This document shows positions 23,901 to 34,708 of a stretch of DNA of 64,000 nt, piece by piece (positions within the stretch are counted from its first letter, which is position 1; each line of letters starts with the position of its first letter). Source of the stretch: Callorhinchus milii. Lineage: Eukaryota. The position numbers and the translations under genes are program-made. The stretch covers positions 92,010,001 through 92,074,000 of the forward strand of contig NW_024704742.1 in NCBI RefSeq assembly GCF_018977255.1, written 5' to 3'. The notes beneath the pieces were generated by a model. That model did no database searches and was not told the DNA's origin. It saw nothing but the letters and a program-made list of their open reading frames with translations.

Positions 23901-26562
23901 TGAGAGTCGGGCGTGGACGCACCAACATGCTTGGGACCAGAATTCAGAATCTCTCTCAGGGTCTGGGACTCCGCGTTTATTTCGGTTGCTTGTTGCACCA
24001 CATAACTCGAGAAGATCATGGAGTTGTTGATCTTCACAGTGGGGTGCATCCTCTGATAATGAGGCATTAGGCTGCGGACATTGGGACTGGTGTAAGAGCA
24101 GAAGCGACATCTGTAGATCAAGTTAGCTTGATGAAAGTTCAGGATATTTTGAGCTTCAGGATGGAACTGAGCGTAATGCTGCCGCAGGACTTCAAATTCC
24201 GCATACTCTACAAAACATTCAAGGCATCGGTACACTGCACTCTGGTCTGTGGGATCCTCAATATACCTAAAGCTGTATTTAATATATGGGTGCATTCTCT
24301 GGTAATGGGTACTCACGCTGCGGGCCACCTTGTTACTAAAATTGCAGTGCTTGCAGTAGTAGATCTTACCAGAATCGTCACCCGTCTCACAGTTCTCCTG
24401 AAAGCCATCCCTGCTCTCGCTGCTCCCCCTTTTGTATCCCACCTGCTTGTGCTGTGAACCGTCATGATGTTCCATCGAATTGGAAAACCCATAAAAGTCA
24501 TCGTCATCAGAGAGGGTCAGTTCAATTTCGGCACTGTTCATTCCAGTGTACTCGTGATCCACTGTTCCAAAGCTGGTCCCGTCTTGCATTCCATCAGTCC
24601 TTTCGACCCACAATGGCTGGTCACCATAAGTGTAATTCTGCATGTCCATCAGATGATCAATCTTCCCCTCCCTGTCATTCAGATCCCCCTCTATTCCCAC
24701 ACCTACACCTTCCTCTTCTTCTTCCTCCTCCTCCTCGTCCTCTTCTTCCTCCTCTTCCTCAAGAGTTTCATCCTCTTCCACTGCAACTGCCGACTCCAAC
24801 TCGCTCACTTGCTGATTGGCCTGGCTGATTCTGCTCTGCAAATTATTTGCGATCTCGTCTATTCTCGTTCTCTTCTTCGCTGGAGACAGGTCCAGTGGGC
24901 TGTCCGCCGTCAACCTTTTGCCTTTCTTGAACAAAAAGCTGTTTTTGGAGGTCGACCCCAGGATCGAGGTCTGAGTCTTCACGATGCTCGGTGAAGCGAG
25001 CGCTTCGTACTCCGACCCTGTGTCCTGCAGCCCATCCGCACCCCCATCAGGTGTCGCTTCCAGTAGCGCATTATCGCAGAACGAGTGCTTGTGCTGCTGA
25101 TGCACACGGAGGCCCTTTAAGGTAACCGTCGAGTAACTGCACATGCTACATTTGTAAGGATACTGCTGTTTGGAATCTCCCGTTATCGGTGACTTTTCCC
25201 CGTTGACGGTCTGGTTTTGAGTTAGATTCGTATCGATCGCCACTAAGCTGTCGCTCAAAGAGGCCACGCTGCTGTTCTGTGAGCTGACGGTGTCCCACTC
25301 CAAGGAGTGGCTCTGCTTGTGAACCACCAGCTTCTGAGCAGTGGTGCAGGTGAAAGGGCAAAGGTTGCACTTGTGAACGATAGTCCGACCTGACAAATGG
25401 ATGTTTTCAATGTGCCGCGAGATGCTGCGGCGATGCATCGTAAGGAAGGAGCAGAACGGACACTGAAACCGGTTCATATACTTACGGAAAGGAATCCCCT
25501 TGGTTTCAAGTAGCTTTGTGTTGCCGATAGTCAGCAACTTTTTCTCCGACGCTCCGGAACTCTGGGATGCTAAAGAGTCCATCTGGCTTTGGTCATCGAG
25601 GTCCTGATGCTCCTCATCAGAGCTGCTTCTCTCATCGCTTAGCAAACTGCTGGTCTCCAGTCCAGAATTGGTCACTTTCAGGTCAGCCATCCTGAAGGCC
25701 GATCTGCCTGTCAATTCGCCGTCGCTAGCATTAGGGGTGGTTTTGGGCTTCAGCTTTTGAAAGGGAAATTTGATTTTAATGGGCGCAAACCTTGAAACTG
25801 CAGTGGGGCCCTGCTTCATGGGCGACGTTCCCAAGGAGCCTTTTAAAACTGAATACTGAGTGGAAGGCATTTCCCTCCTGACTGTTTTCATGGGCAAATA
25901 GTTAGAGCCAGGAGCGAGTTTTTGTACATCCTTATTTTGCTGGGGCTTCGAAGTACCAACATTTGACCCGGATTGCTGTTGTCTCAGAGATGAAATAATC
26001 TTGACCAGTCCCTGAGCTAGAAGGCTGCGGTGTTTCTTCATCAAATGGTCGCACCAGCGCTCTCGTCTGGAAGTGTGATAGCCACACCACTCACAGCAAA
26101 AGCTCCCTCTCGACTTTGTTAAGGGTTTAACTTGTGCTTCCAGGATGCTTCTTTCCACCGCGTCAGTGGGCACTTCACCATGCGATTCCTGTCCTTTCCC
26201 ACCAGACCTGTGGCACAGCTTCTGATGTTTGATGATTCGTGTGCGTCGCGGGGTCTTGTAAGTACAAAAGCGGCAAGCGAACACTTTCCCAAATCCTTCG
26301 TGCATGAGGATGTGGTAGCTGGAGGGAGCTGGAGGTGGGGAGATGGCTGAAGTCTCACCAGCAAATATAGATCCCTCAATGTGACCGTGGACCTTTCGGG
26401 TATGTTCGCTGAGAAGATTTCTGGATCGAAAGTAGCGGACACAGTACTTGCACTGGAAAAACTTGTTGCTTGCAGGTTTTGATGGTTGGTTGATGTGTTG
26501 ATTGTAAAGAACCTGGTTGTTACTGATGTAATTGGAGGAACCAGATTGAAAGGTAGTTTGTG
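20909..26562 (-). CDS. ZNF462: ZNF462 giant exon 3 (5654 nt), array of dispersed C2H2-type zinc fingers
   Basis: Lies within the 1904-aa ORF 20900..26614. Long polypyrimidine tract then ccccaag|CA (phase 1, giving A+CA=Thr); donor GAA CAG|gtatgt at 20908. Many CxxC-x12-H-x4-H fingers ending HYQKRHP or HYQRMHP. Confidence 0.96.
20958..21067. repeat. Coding minisatellite, 6 perfect copies of 18-bp TCCTCATCCTCTTTCCGT, encoding (RKEDEE)6 in ZNF462
   Basis: Directly visible tandem array with no mismatches between units. Confidence 0.97.
24710..24780 (-). repeat. GAG/GAA-rich low-complexity tract encoding an acidic poly-Glu run in exon 3
   Basis: Translation VEEDETLEEEEEEEDEEEEEEEEG. Confidence 0.85.
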
Positions 26563-27488
26563 CTTGGGGGGAACGGGAGAGGAAGGATGAAAAAAAAACA
26601 AAATGTATTACCAAATTTCAGATTATATTAATGATGCAGGCACAAACTACATTATTAATTGAATGCTACTTGTCCATTCATTTCAAGTGTCTTTTCTCAA
26701 CATAGAATCAAGATGAGAAGAGGTATGAATCTTTGAATGCTAGGACTTCATTAAATGGAAACAGAGAATTTAGTTCAAAACCTTCAAACTTCCATTTACC
26801 AGTAATTCCCAGTAATCTCATCAAATATATATCTTATTAATAAAATTGTGGGGGCTACTGAAATGGGAAATTAAGTTCCTAATAATGCTCCAACTTCCGT
26901 TTTATGCCTTTGTTCTGCTCTTTACACTGTACATGAATCGTTACTTACTTCACACAAAAACATTATCCAGAAAAGTATTGGTAGCACCCAGAAACTTTCT
27001 GTGAGTTCCACAGCAATTAGTTGTACAGCTATAAGTAAACTAAGTTCCCAGCAAATAGTTTTAAGGCACACTAATCTGTTTGACGTTTTTCTTTGCAATT
27101 AAGTTTGTTTGATGAAGAAACCATTAAGGATTTTAATAGAAGTAAGACTTGGCTGGAAATTTGTTTTTATTTGTTTTTGTTATTGGACTAACAGGTTTGC
27201 GATAAGTGAGTTCACTGGAAAATTACATTTGGACTCAATTCACTTTCGAAATTACAAGCCATTACATACTATCCTTTCTACATGTATCATGAGCTAATTT
27301 GATGTACTGCACGATAATAGGTCAACTTGTGCACATTGTGTATAACACCAGAGCAAGGACAGATTCCGTCAATTTACCTTACAGCATTATGACTGTACTA
27401 CAGTGGGACAAATTGTGCATATTGAGTATGACACCACTGCAATGCACTGGTATCTATTAACTTACCAGCCAGTGTCATTTCAAAACAC

Positions 27489-27858
27489 AATATAATAATA
27501 ATATTTGCATTTGATATAGTGCCTTCTCACGTCTTCAAGACGTCTCAAAGCACTTCACAGAATATACTGTAATGTGTAGTGAATTGTGTATTTTGTGGGA
27601 GAAACGCGGCAGCCAATTGAACACAGCAGTGTGGATTAAGTGACCAAATTTAATTTTGTTTTTATTATTGTATTTTTAAAGGGATTATTATCCCCCTGAA
27701 AAGCGATCTGCCAATCGATCAACAACCGAGTTCCTACTTACTACTAGGTGAACAGAGGCATGTGGAGTAAGGAAAATGTTTTGCCCTGCCCGAGGATCGA
27801 ACCCAGGTCCTCTCGCTTGCAAGGCAAGCGCTCTAAACACTAAACCACAGGACTCCAC
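27489..27858 (-). mobile_element. Full-length SINE subfamily B (longer middle segment)
   Basis: Same head and tail as subfamily A plus AAAAGCGATCTGCCAATCGA..AACAACCG.GT.CCTACTTA...CTAGGT.AA.AGAGGCATG. Confidence 0.88.
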
Positions 27859-29089
27859 AAAGCGGATGTAGCGAAGCTTCTCATTTGTCTAGCATGGAAC
27901 GGTTTGGTTCAGTAGGTTATAAGATCACAACTCTACGCAATACCCTATGCCAAGTTATGGTTTCCATGGAAGCTTTCAAAGCAATCACACAATAGACCAT
28001 AGTCTTTCTTATAAGACTATCTCCTGCTCTGATTACATTTACATTATGATGATGCCTCACTCCAAATATTCAAATCAAAGAGGATATGGTTTATTTAATG
28101 CACTGTGGATACTGTTTGATGAGAGGTCCACCTGACACAATAGGAACAAACTGGTAAAACTCTTAGAAAGATGATTCAGATCCTCTTTGAGGCAAAACTA
28201 TTAAGGCGAGGCTGTTATCAGATGAAATTTCCAACTAGTTTGCTATAATGTGTGAATCAGCAGCAAGTCACACGATGGAGATCAGTGGGCTGAAATTCTT
28301 GTAGGGATTAAGCCCATTTACATTGACTGTTGAGACATGAGCTTCTCATGAGATTTCTCCATTATAATCGCATATTGCTAATGTCACTAAACACAACACC
28401 AACAGGATTTTAAGCCTCATTGAAGAAGAGAGGAATTAAACAGTTGATACCAATATAACTTTGATGTGTAGACCTCACACTCACTAAGAACGTGCATTTT
28501 GTGAAAACATGCATTTGTATAAAATGTTAATATTATCTGCACATAAAACAATAATACTCCAAGGACGTATCTCTGCACAGACATCTAAAGCTCCTGTTGT
28601 AAAGCCTTTCATTATTATAACAGCTGGAGTTTAAAGATTAGGGTGAGCTCCTGATCAATCTTAGGCTACACCACCCATTACCACAGTTTCTCCTTATAAC
28701 GCTCCATTAAATATTTTTATTGTAAATATGTATTGCATGCGTGTATTCATTAGTATGGAAATAGGTATACACACTAGAAAGGTGTACACAAAAATGTGGA
28801 TATATAAATTTTAGTGAATAGTTTTTCAGAAGAAAATTTATACCTGAAAAGTAATTATTGTAGAAAAAAAGCCCTCAACTATCCTGCCAAAAGAAAAGGA
28901 TTATGTTTGCCAACTTTTCAAGTCTAAAGTACATTAAATGTAAACAATGCAAAGGCAATTGTCGTTTATGTCATCATGGCCATGAATTGAAACAATGCAC
29001 CAATGATATTACAATGGAGTTAATATTTGTCTTCTTGGACATGTGCGATTTTCTTAACTTCAGCAAATAATGAATACAACAGGACTCAC

Positions 29090-29309
29090 TTGGTGCTTCT
29101 CCTTGAGATCCAATCTCAGTCTTCACAGCAGTTAGATTCACTTCAGCTGGGCTGTCTTGGCTCGGTACAACAGAACTCGCTTGACCAGTATCCTCCTCTG
29201 GAGCATCCACACGGGGCAAAAAAATGGTATGAACATCTTGGATGTGACTCTTAAGATCTTCGTACGTTTCTGCTCGGAAGTCACACCCATCACACTGCAG
29301 TACCTCCAT
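29090..29309 (-). CDS. ZNF462: ZNF462 first coding exon (exon 2), 220 coding nt; exon begins at 29334
   Basis: ATG at 29309 in AATAATGG context; acceptor tcttcag|GTTG (AG at 29336-29335); donor CCAA|gtgagt (GT at 29089-29088); encodes MEVLQCDGCDF...QGEAP plus 1 nt. Confidence 0.95.
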
Positions 29310-29793
29310 TATTTGGAACGCCTTTCAGTTCAACCTGAAGACAACATAAAACCATAAAACTATTAGCTTTTAGCTAGATGTGCTAGTTTCCCTTAGCACC
29401 TGCCCATATTATTGGTACAGTATGGTGGAAAACAGGAGTGCATTCAGTGCATACACTTACTGTTTATGGTGAACAATAACAATCCTTTATCTAACCTCTG
29501 ATGATCAAACAACCATGACAGTTTTATTGTTAACTACAAGTACAATAAATCTTGCTTCTAACATCCAAATCCTCAATTACCCAGGGGTAAGTTACTAATC
29601 TGGAAAGAATGAATCAGAGGAGTCGGTATTTAATATGGGGATTTTTTTTGAACAAATGGGGCAATTGCTGCAATCTGAAAAACAACTAGCAAAGCTAGTA
29701 AGGGGAGCAGACTGCAATCAGAATCAGTGCTTTGCATTTGCAAATCTCCATATTTTGGAACATCAACGGGAATGATGGCCATACTCCTTTTTC

Positions 29794-30630
29794 CTGTGGG
29801 GGAGGAGGAGCTGGGGTGAAAGTAAAGCAATGTGAGAAGATTATGATCTATAAAGTCAGAATGATTGATGCAGACTTCTGCAGGGATGATAACAATGATT
29901 TGTCTTGATTCCTTTGGAGAATCCATAGGATCCTCATTTAAGGGGTATAAGCAAAGTGGAGTTAGAGTGACTCCCAAGATCTTGATAGCGATAACACTGT
30001 ATAAAACAATTCAATACTCATAGACAAATAATAATAATCCTTGCATTTGATATACGGCCTTAATCACGTCTTTGAGACATCTTAAAGCACATCACAGAAT
30101 ATACTGTAAAGTAAATTAACTATATTTTGTGGGCGAAACATGGCAGCCAATTGCACACAGAACTGTCCCACAAACAGTCGTGAAATCTCTCTCTCACCGG
30201 GCATGTATACAGCTGTGACGCCCAGGCCTGGTCAGTTGGGCGGAAAAAACTCTTCTTCCCAATCATCTGAGATCAGAGATGCTCGCGGCAAGGGTTTTGG
30301 ACAAATGATCTCCAGCCCTCTTTCACCATAAGGCAGCAATGCCACAGGTTCCAACCCTTTGCCTTTGGAGTCTTGATCTTACTGAGCCAGGGGTGTGTTC
30401 ATTCTTTTCTCAGTCCTGGGAAAAGGGGTAGTTGACCTTCCATCACTTGGGAAAGCACTGCTTTTCCCGATCGTACATAACGCTGACAGAAATTTCAATT
30501 GTGCTGAGGTGGTTGACCGATCGTTTAGCTACTCTGGCCCTTCCCCCAACCCATCTGCCCCATCTAAAGTTTCTGTGGAAACCTCTTCTCACATTGCTTT
30601 ACTTTCACCCCAGCTCCTCCTCCCCCACAG
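29794..30630. repeat. Perfect 47-bp inverted repeat pair (29794-29840 and 30584-30630)
   Basis: CTGTGGGGGAGGAGGAGCTGGGGTGAAAGTAAAGCAATGTGAGAAGA and its exact reverse complement, checked base by base. Confidence 0.95.
30028..30182 (-). mobile_element. SINE 3' fragment lying between the two 47-bp inverted repeats
   Basis: Tail and core similar to the A/B SINEs, truncated at ...CAAACAGTCGTG. Confidence 0.8.
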
Positions 30631-31139
30631 TCATCAATTGGTCCAACATCTCCCTATTCCCTAACCTCAAAACCATTTAATTCCTTACCTCTTCCACCTC
30701 TCCCCCAACAGGCTTTTAAGCCCAAACTTCAGTGTTACCCAACCACCCCTTAATTAATCTTGCTTCTGCTCTACTCTTTCTAACCTTGGTGGTTTATTCC
30801 CATTTAGAATATGGTTCTGGACAAGAGAGTTTCAGTTAAAAATAGCTGTACAATACAGGAAATACAGACTAAACCGAAAAAGATTACATAGATAAAAGAC
30901 ACATGAAACTTTTGAGGTTTGAGCAACGCATTGCAGTACACTTCTGCCAACGCTGCCAAGACCTAGAGTAATTCTCAAGTCCATAGGTTTTCTATTGATT
31001 CCAAGGACAAACTTGCTTTCAGATATACCCTTACATTTCTTTTATGGCATGTATTCAAAATCTACATGGTGAAAAAGCCCCCAAAAAATCAAGAGCAATC
31101 ACGTGGTGAAAAATCAAGGTCACAAACATTAGAAACGCT

Positions 31140-31345
31140 GTACACACCGCTGCGAAACTCCCCCACACAGGCGTGCGCAAGCCCCCCACCCACCCACCCA
31201 GGCGCACGCATCCCCTCCGCCCACCCACATAGGCGAGCGCACCCCCCCACGCACCCCCCCCCCCAATGCACACGAACCTCCCACGCACATGCGCACCCAC
31301 CCTCCCACACACGCAGATCCACCAAACCCCACGTACACGCACCCT
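31140..31345. repeat. C/A-rich low-complexity tract (CACC/CGCA-type simple repeat)
   Basis: Directly visible; explains the four overlapping low-complexity ORFs here. Confidence 0.8.
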
Positions 31346-31493
31346 AGATGGACCGAATAACCGGTTTCCGTTGCATATCACTCTATATAACTGTTTGTGC
31401 AACACGCAGGAAATGACAAGAGTGGCACTTCCTGTGCACAGGTAGTAACGTCAATGGCAACCCAAAAGTCAGCCATCATTTTGCGTCTGGCTT

Positions 31494-31710
31494 ATAATAA
31501 TAATCGTTGCATTTGATATAGCGCCTTATTACATCTTCAAGACGTCTTAAAGTTCTTCACAGAATATACTGTAAAGTGAATTAACTTATATTTTGTGCGA
31601 GAAACCCGGCAACCAATTGCGCACAGCAGTGTCCCACAAACAGTCGTGGATTGAGTAACCAAATAATTTTTTTTAAGGGATTGTTACCCCTGGAAAAATG
31701 ATCCAATAAT
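31494..31710 (-). mobile_element. 5'-truncated SINE (B-like) abutting the CR1 5' end
   Basis: ATAATAATAATCGTTGCATTTGATATAGCGCC...CCAATTGCGCACAGCAGTGTCCCACAAACAGTCG. Confidence 0.82.
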
Positions 31711-31736
31711 GGCCAATAAATGTATTTTGTAACTAA

Positions 31737-34708
31737 GTTTTTATAGACCCCCAAACAGCGATCACAATATAGCACAGGGTATCAATCAAGAAATCAGTGG
31801 AGCATGTAAGAAAGGTAAAGCGATAATAGTGGGTGATTTCAATCTCCACATAGATTGGGAAAACCAAATCGGCAAAAGTAGGTCGGAAGAAGAGTTCATT
31901 GAGTGTATGAGAGATAACTTTCTAGATCAGCATGCCGAGGAACCAACTAGGGAACAGGCCATCCTAGACCTTGTTTTGTGTAATGAAACAGGGCTAGTCG
32001 GCAGTGTAGGTACTAAGACACCTCTAGGGCAGAGTGATCACAATATGATTGAATTCTGCATTAAGTTAGAGAGGGATATAGTTAAATCCGAGGCAAGTAT
32101 TCTGAATTTAAATAGGGCTAATTTTGTAGGTATGAGGAAAGATTTAGGTAAAATAGACTGGAGAATAAGATTAAGAGGTAAAAATGTAGACCAACAGTGG
32201 CAAATATTTAAGGATGTAGTGCAAAATTCTCAGCGGTCGCATATTCCCTTGCGGAATAAGAGTACCACAGGGAAAGCAATTCATCCGTGGCTAACTAGAG
32301 CAGTTAGGGAAAGCATCAAATTAAAAGAAAAGGCTTATAAAACTGCCAAGAAAAGCAGCAAATCTGAAGATTGGGAGAGTTTTAGAAACCAGCAAAATAA
32401 AACTAAAAAACTCATTAAGAGCGAGAAAAAGGAGTATGAGGGCAAGCTAGCTAGGAACATTAAGTCTGATTGTAAAAGTTTTTACAAATATATTAAGAGG
32501 AATAGGCTAGTGAGGGTGAATATAGGTCCACTTCAGTCAGAGACGTGAGAAGTTGTAATGGGGGATAAGTACATGGCAGAGGCCCTAACTGGGTACTTTG
32601 CATCTGTCTTCACCCTAGAAGACACATCAAGTCTGCCAACAATAGATGCACCAAAGGGATAAATACAGGGAGCAACTTAGGAAAATTTTCATTAGGAGAG
32701 AATTGGCACGAGGGAAACTGTTAGCACTAAAACGTGTCAAATCCCCTGGTCCGGATGACTTGCATCCCAGGGTTTTAAAAGAGGTAGCTTATGAGATAGT
32801 GGAGGCATTGCGTCTGATCTTCCAAAATTCCTTGGATTCTGGAACAGTCTCCATGGATTGGAAGATCGCAAATGTCACACCACTATTTAAAAAAAGTGGA
32901 AAGGAAAAGATGGGGAACTATAGGCCAGTTAGTCTCACATCAGTGATAGGAAAAAAATTAGAATCATTGATTAAGGATGTGGTAGTGCGGTATTTAGGGG
33001 AACACAATATAATTAGGCCAAGTCAACATGGCTTTACAAAAGGGAAGTCATGTTTGACAAATCTCATAGAGTTTTTTTGAGGATATTTCCAGTAAACTTG
33101 ATAAGGTGAATCAGTGGATGTGGTCTATTTGGACTTCCAGAAGGCATTCGATAGGGTGCCGCATAAAAGGTTAGTCCAAAAGGGGCCCATGGAATTGGGG
33201 GGAGCATATTAACGTGGATTGGGGAATGGTTAACGGGTAGGAAACAAAGAGTAGGGATAAACGGGTCCTTTTCAGATTGGCGGGATATGACTAGTGGAGT
33301 GTCACAAGGATCAGTCCTTGGGCCTCAGCTATTTACCTTCTATATCCACGATCTAGATGAGGACATCAAAGTTAATATATCTAAATTCACAGATGACACA
33401 AAACTAGGAGGAAGTGCCAACACAGAGGACGACATTAAAAAAAATGCAGCGAGACATAGATAGGTTAGGTGATTGGGCAGGTAGGTGGCAGATGAAGTAT
33501 AATGTACCCCTACCTACCTGCCCGTACCCTCCGTTCCTCTGGCTCCGGTCTGCTCCACGTCCCCCGCCCCAACCGCCCTACTATCGGTGGTCGGGCCTTC
33601 AGCCTCTCAGCCCCCAGGCTCTGGAACTCCATCCCCCAGTGCCTTCGCCGCCCCCTCCCTTTCCTCCTTCAAGGCCGGTCTCAAAACCTTTCTCTTTGAC
33701 CGTGCCTTCAGCTCCCCTCTCGACTCTCTTCCTCCTCCTCGCTCCCTCCCCCCTCACCCTGACCATTTCCCCCCTCCTCTCTCCCTCCCTTCCCCCCCCT
33801 CACCCTGACCATTTCCCCCCTGCTCGGGTCATGACCCAACTGTGCAGCGCCTTGGGACGTCCTCCTGACGTGAAAGGCGCTCTATAAGTGGAATCTTGTT
33901 GTTGTTGTTGTTGTAATGTAGGGAAGTGCGAAGTCATCCACCTAGGTAGCAAAAACAGTAGAGTGGGTTCTGGGGAGAGATTGGAATGTGTTAGCGTCCA
34001 GAGGGACTTGGGTGTCCTTGTACACCGATCACAGTAAGTTAGTCTGCAGGTGCAATTAGGAAGGCGAACGGTATGTTAGCATTCATTATGAAAGAATTAG
34101 AGTATAAGAGTAGGGAAGTCTTGCTGCAACTGTATAGGGCCCTGGTGAGACCACACCTGGAATACTGTGTGCAGTTTTGGTCTCCTTATTTAAGGATATA
34201 CTTGCCTTGGAGGAGGTGCAGCGTAGATTTACAAGGTTAGTACCTGGGGTGAAGGAGATGGGTTGAGGAAAGGCTGACCAATTTGGGCCTATATTCTCTA
34301 GCATATAGAAGAATTAGAGGGGATCTTATAGAAGCCTATAAGATCATCAAAGGGCATGATAGAGTAGATAGTGGGAGATTGTTTCCCCTGGTTGGAGAAA
34401 CTAAAACCAGGGGTCACAACCTTAAAATCAGAGGCCAGCCCTTTCACACTGAGTTGAGGAAGAACTTCTTCACTCAAAGGGTGGTGAATGTATGGACCTC
34501 ACTACCCCAAAGGGCTGTTGACGCTCAGTCCTTGAACATATTTAAGACTGAGATAGATATGTTTCTTATTGCAAAAGGGATTAAGGGATATGGGGATAAG
34601 GCAGGGTTAGGCTATTAGCTGGAGTTAGATTAGAAGATCAACCATGATTGAATGGCGGGGCAGGCTCGAAGGGCCAAATGGCCTACTCCTGCTCCTACAC
34701 GTTATGTT
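31737..34708 (+). mobile_element. 5'-truncated, disrupted CR1-clade LINE (ORF2 endonuclease/RT plus 3'UTR), interrupted by an L2 insertion
   Basis: Motifs FYRPP, VGDFN, LDLVL, SDHNMI (APE domain); KSPGPDDLHPRVLKE, WKIANVTPLFKK, NYRPVSLTS, QHGFTKGKSCLTNL, SKFTDDTKL (RT); RGDLIEAYKII, TRGHNLK, NFFTQRVVNVW. 3'UTR GGGCCAAATGGCCTACTCCTGCTCC. Stops and frameshifts split the ORF. Confidence 0.95.
33507..33913 (+). mobile_element. 3' end of an L2-clade LINE nested in the CR1, with 7-bp TSD TAATGTA
   Basis: ORF2 C-terminus RTLRSS..LLHVPR..GGRAFSLSAPRLWNSIP..SFKAGLKTFLF, pyrimidine-rich UTR, stem-loop tail and (TTG)n end; TAATGTA at 33500-33506 and 33914-33920. Confidence 0.92.

Larger units (their letters stand above)
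116..29334 (-). other. ZNF462: ZNF462 gene body (partial): six coding exons plus 25 nt of 5'UTR; 3' exons lie left of the window and non-coding exon 1 was not located
   Basis: N-terminus MEVLQCDGCDFRAETYEDLKSHIQDVH, NKFFQCKYCVRYFRSRNLLSEHTRKVHG and GIPFRKYMNRFQCPFCSFLTMHRRSISRHIENIHLSG match my recollection of vertebrate ZNF462. All five introns between the coding exons are GT-AG with matching phases (1,0,0,2,1). Confidence 0.96.

Noticed and set aside
26563..26614. ORF-track N-terminus MVIHFVFFSSFLSRSPQ of the 1904-aa ORF
   Set aside because: Intronic polypyrimidine tract read through from a non-ATG codon; the real start is at 29309.
30626..30632. CACAGTC at the inverted-repeat end resembling a RAG RSS heptamer
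   Set aside because: Mismatch to CACAGTG, no nonamer at 12 or 23 bp spacing, no antigen-receptor segments nearby.
31055..31405. Gly/Val/Cys- and Pro/His-rich ORFs
   Set aside because: Products of a low-complexity simple repeat.
33414..33887. 157-aa proline-rich ORF
   Set aside because: Chance fusion of a CR1 frame with the nested L2 insertion and its pyrimidine-rich UTR.
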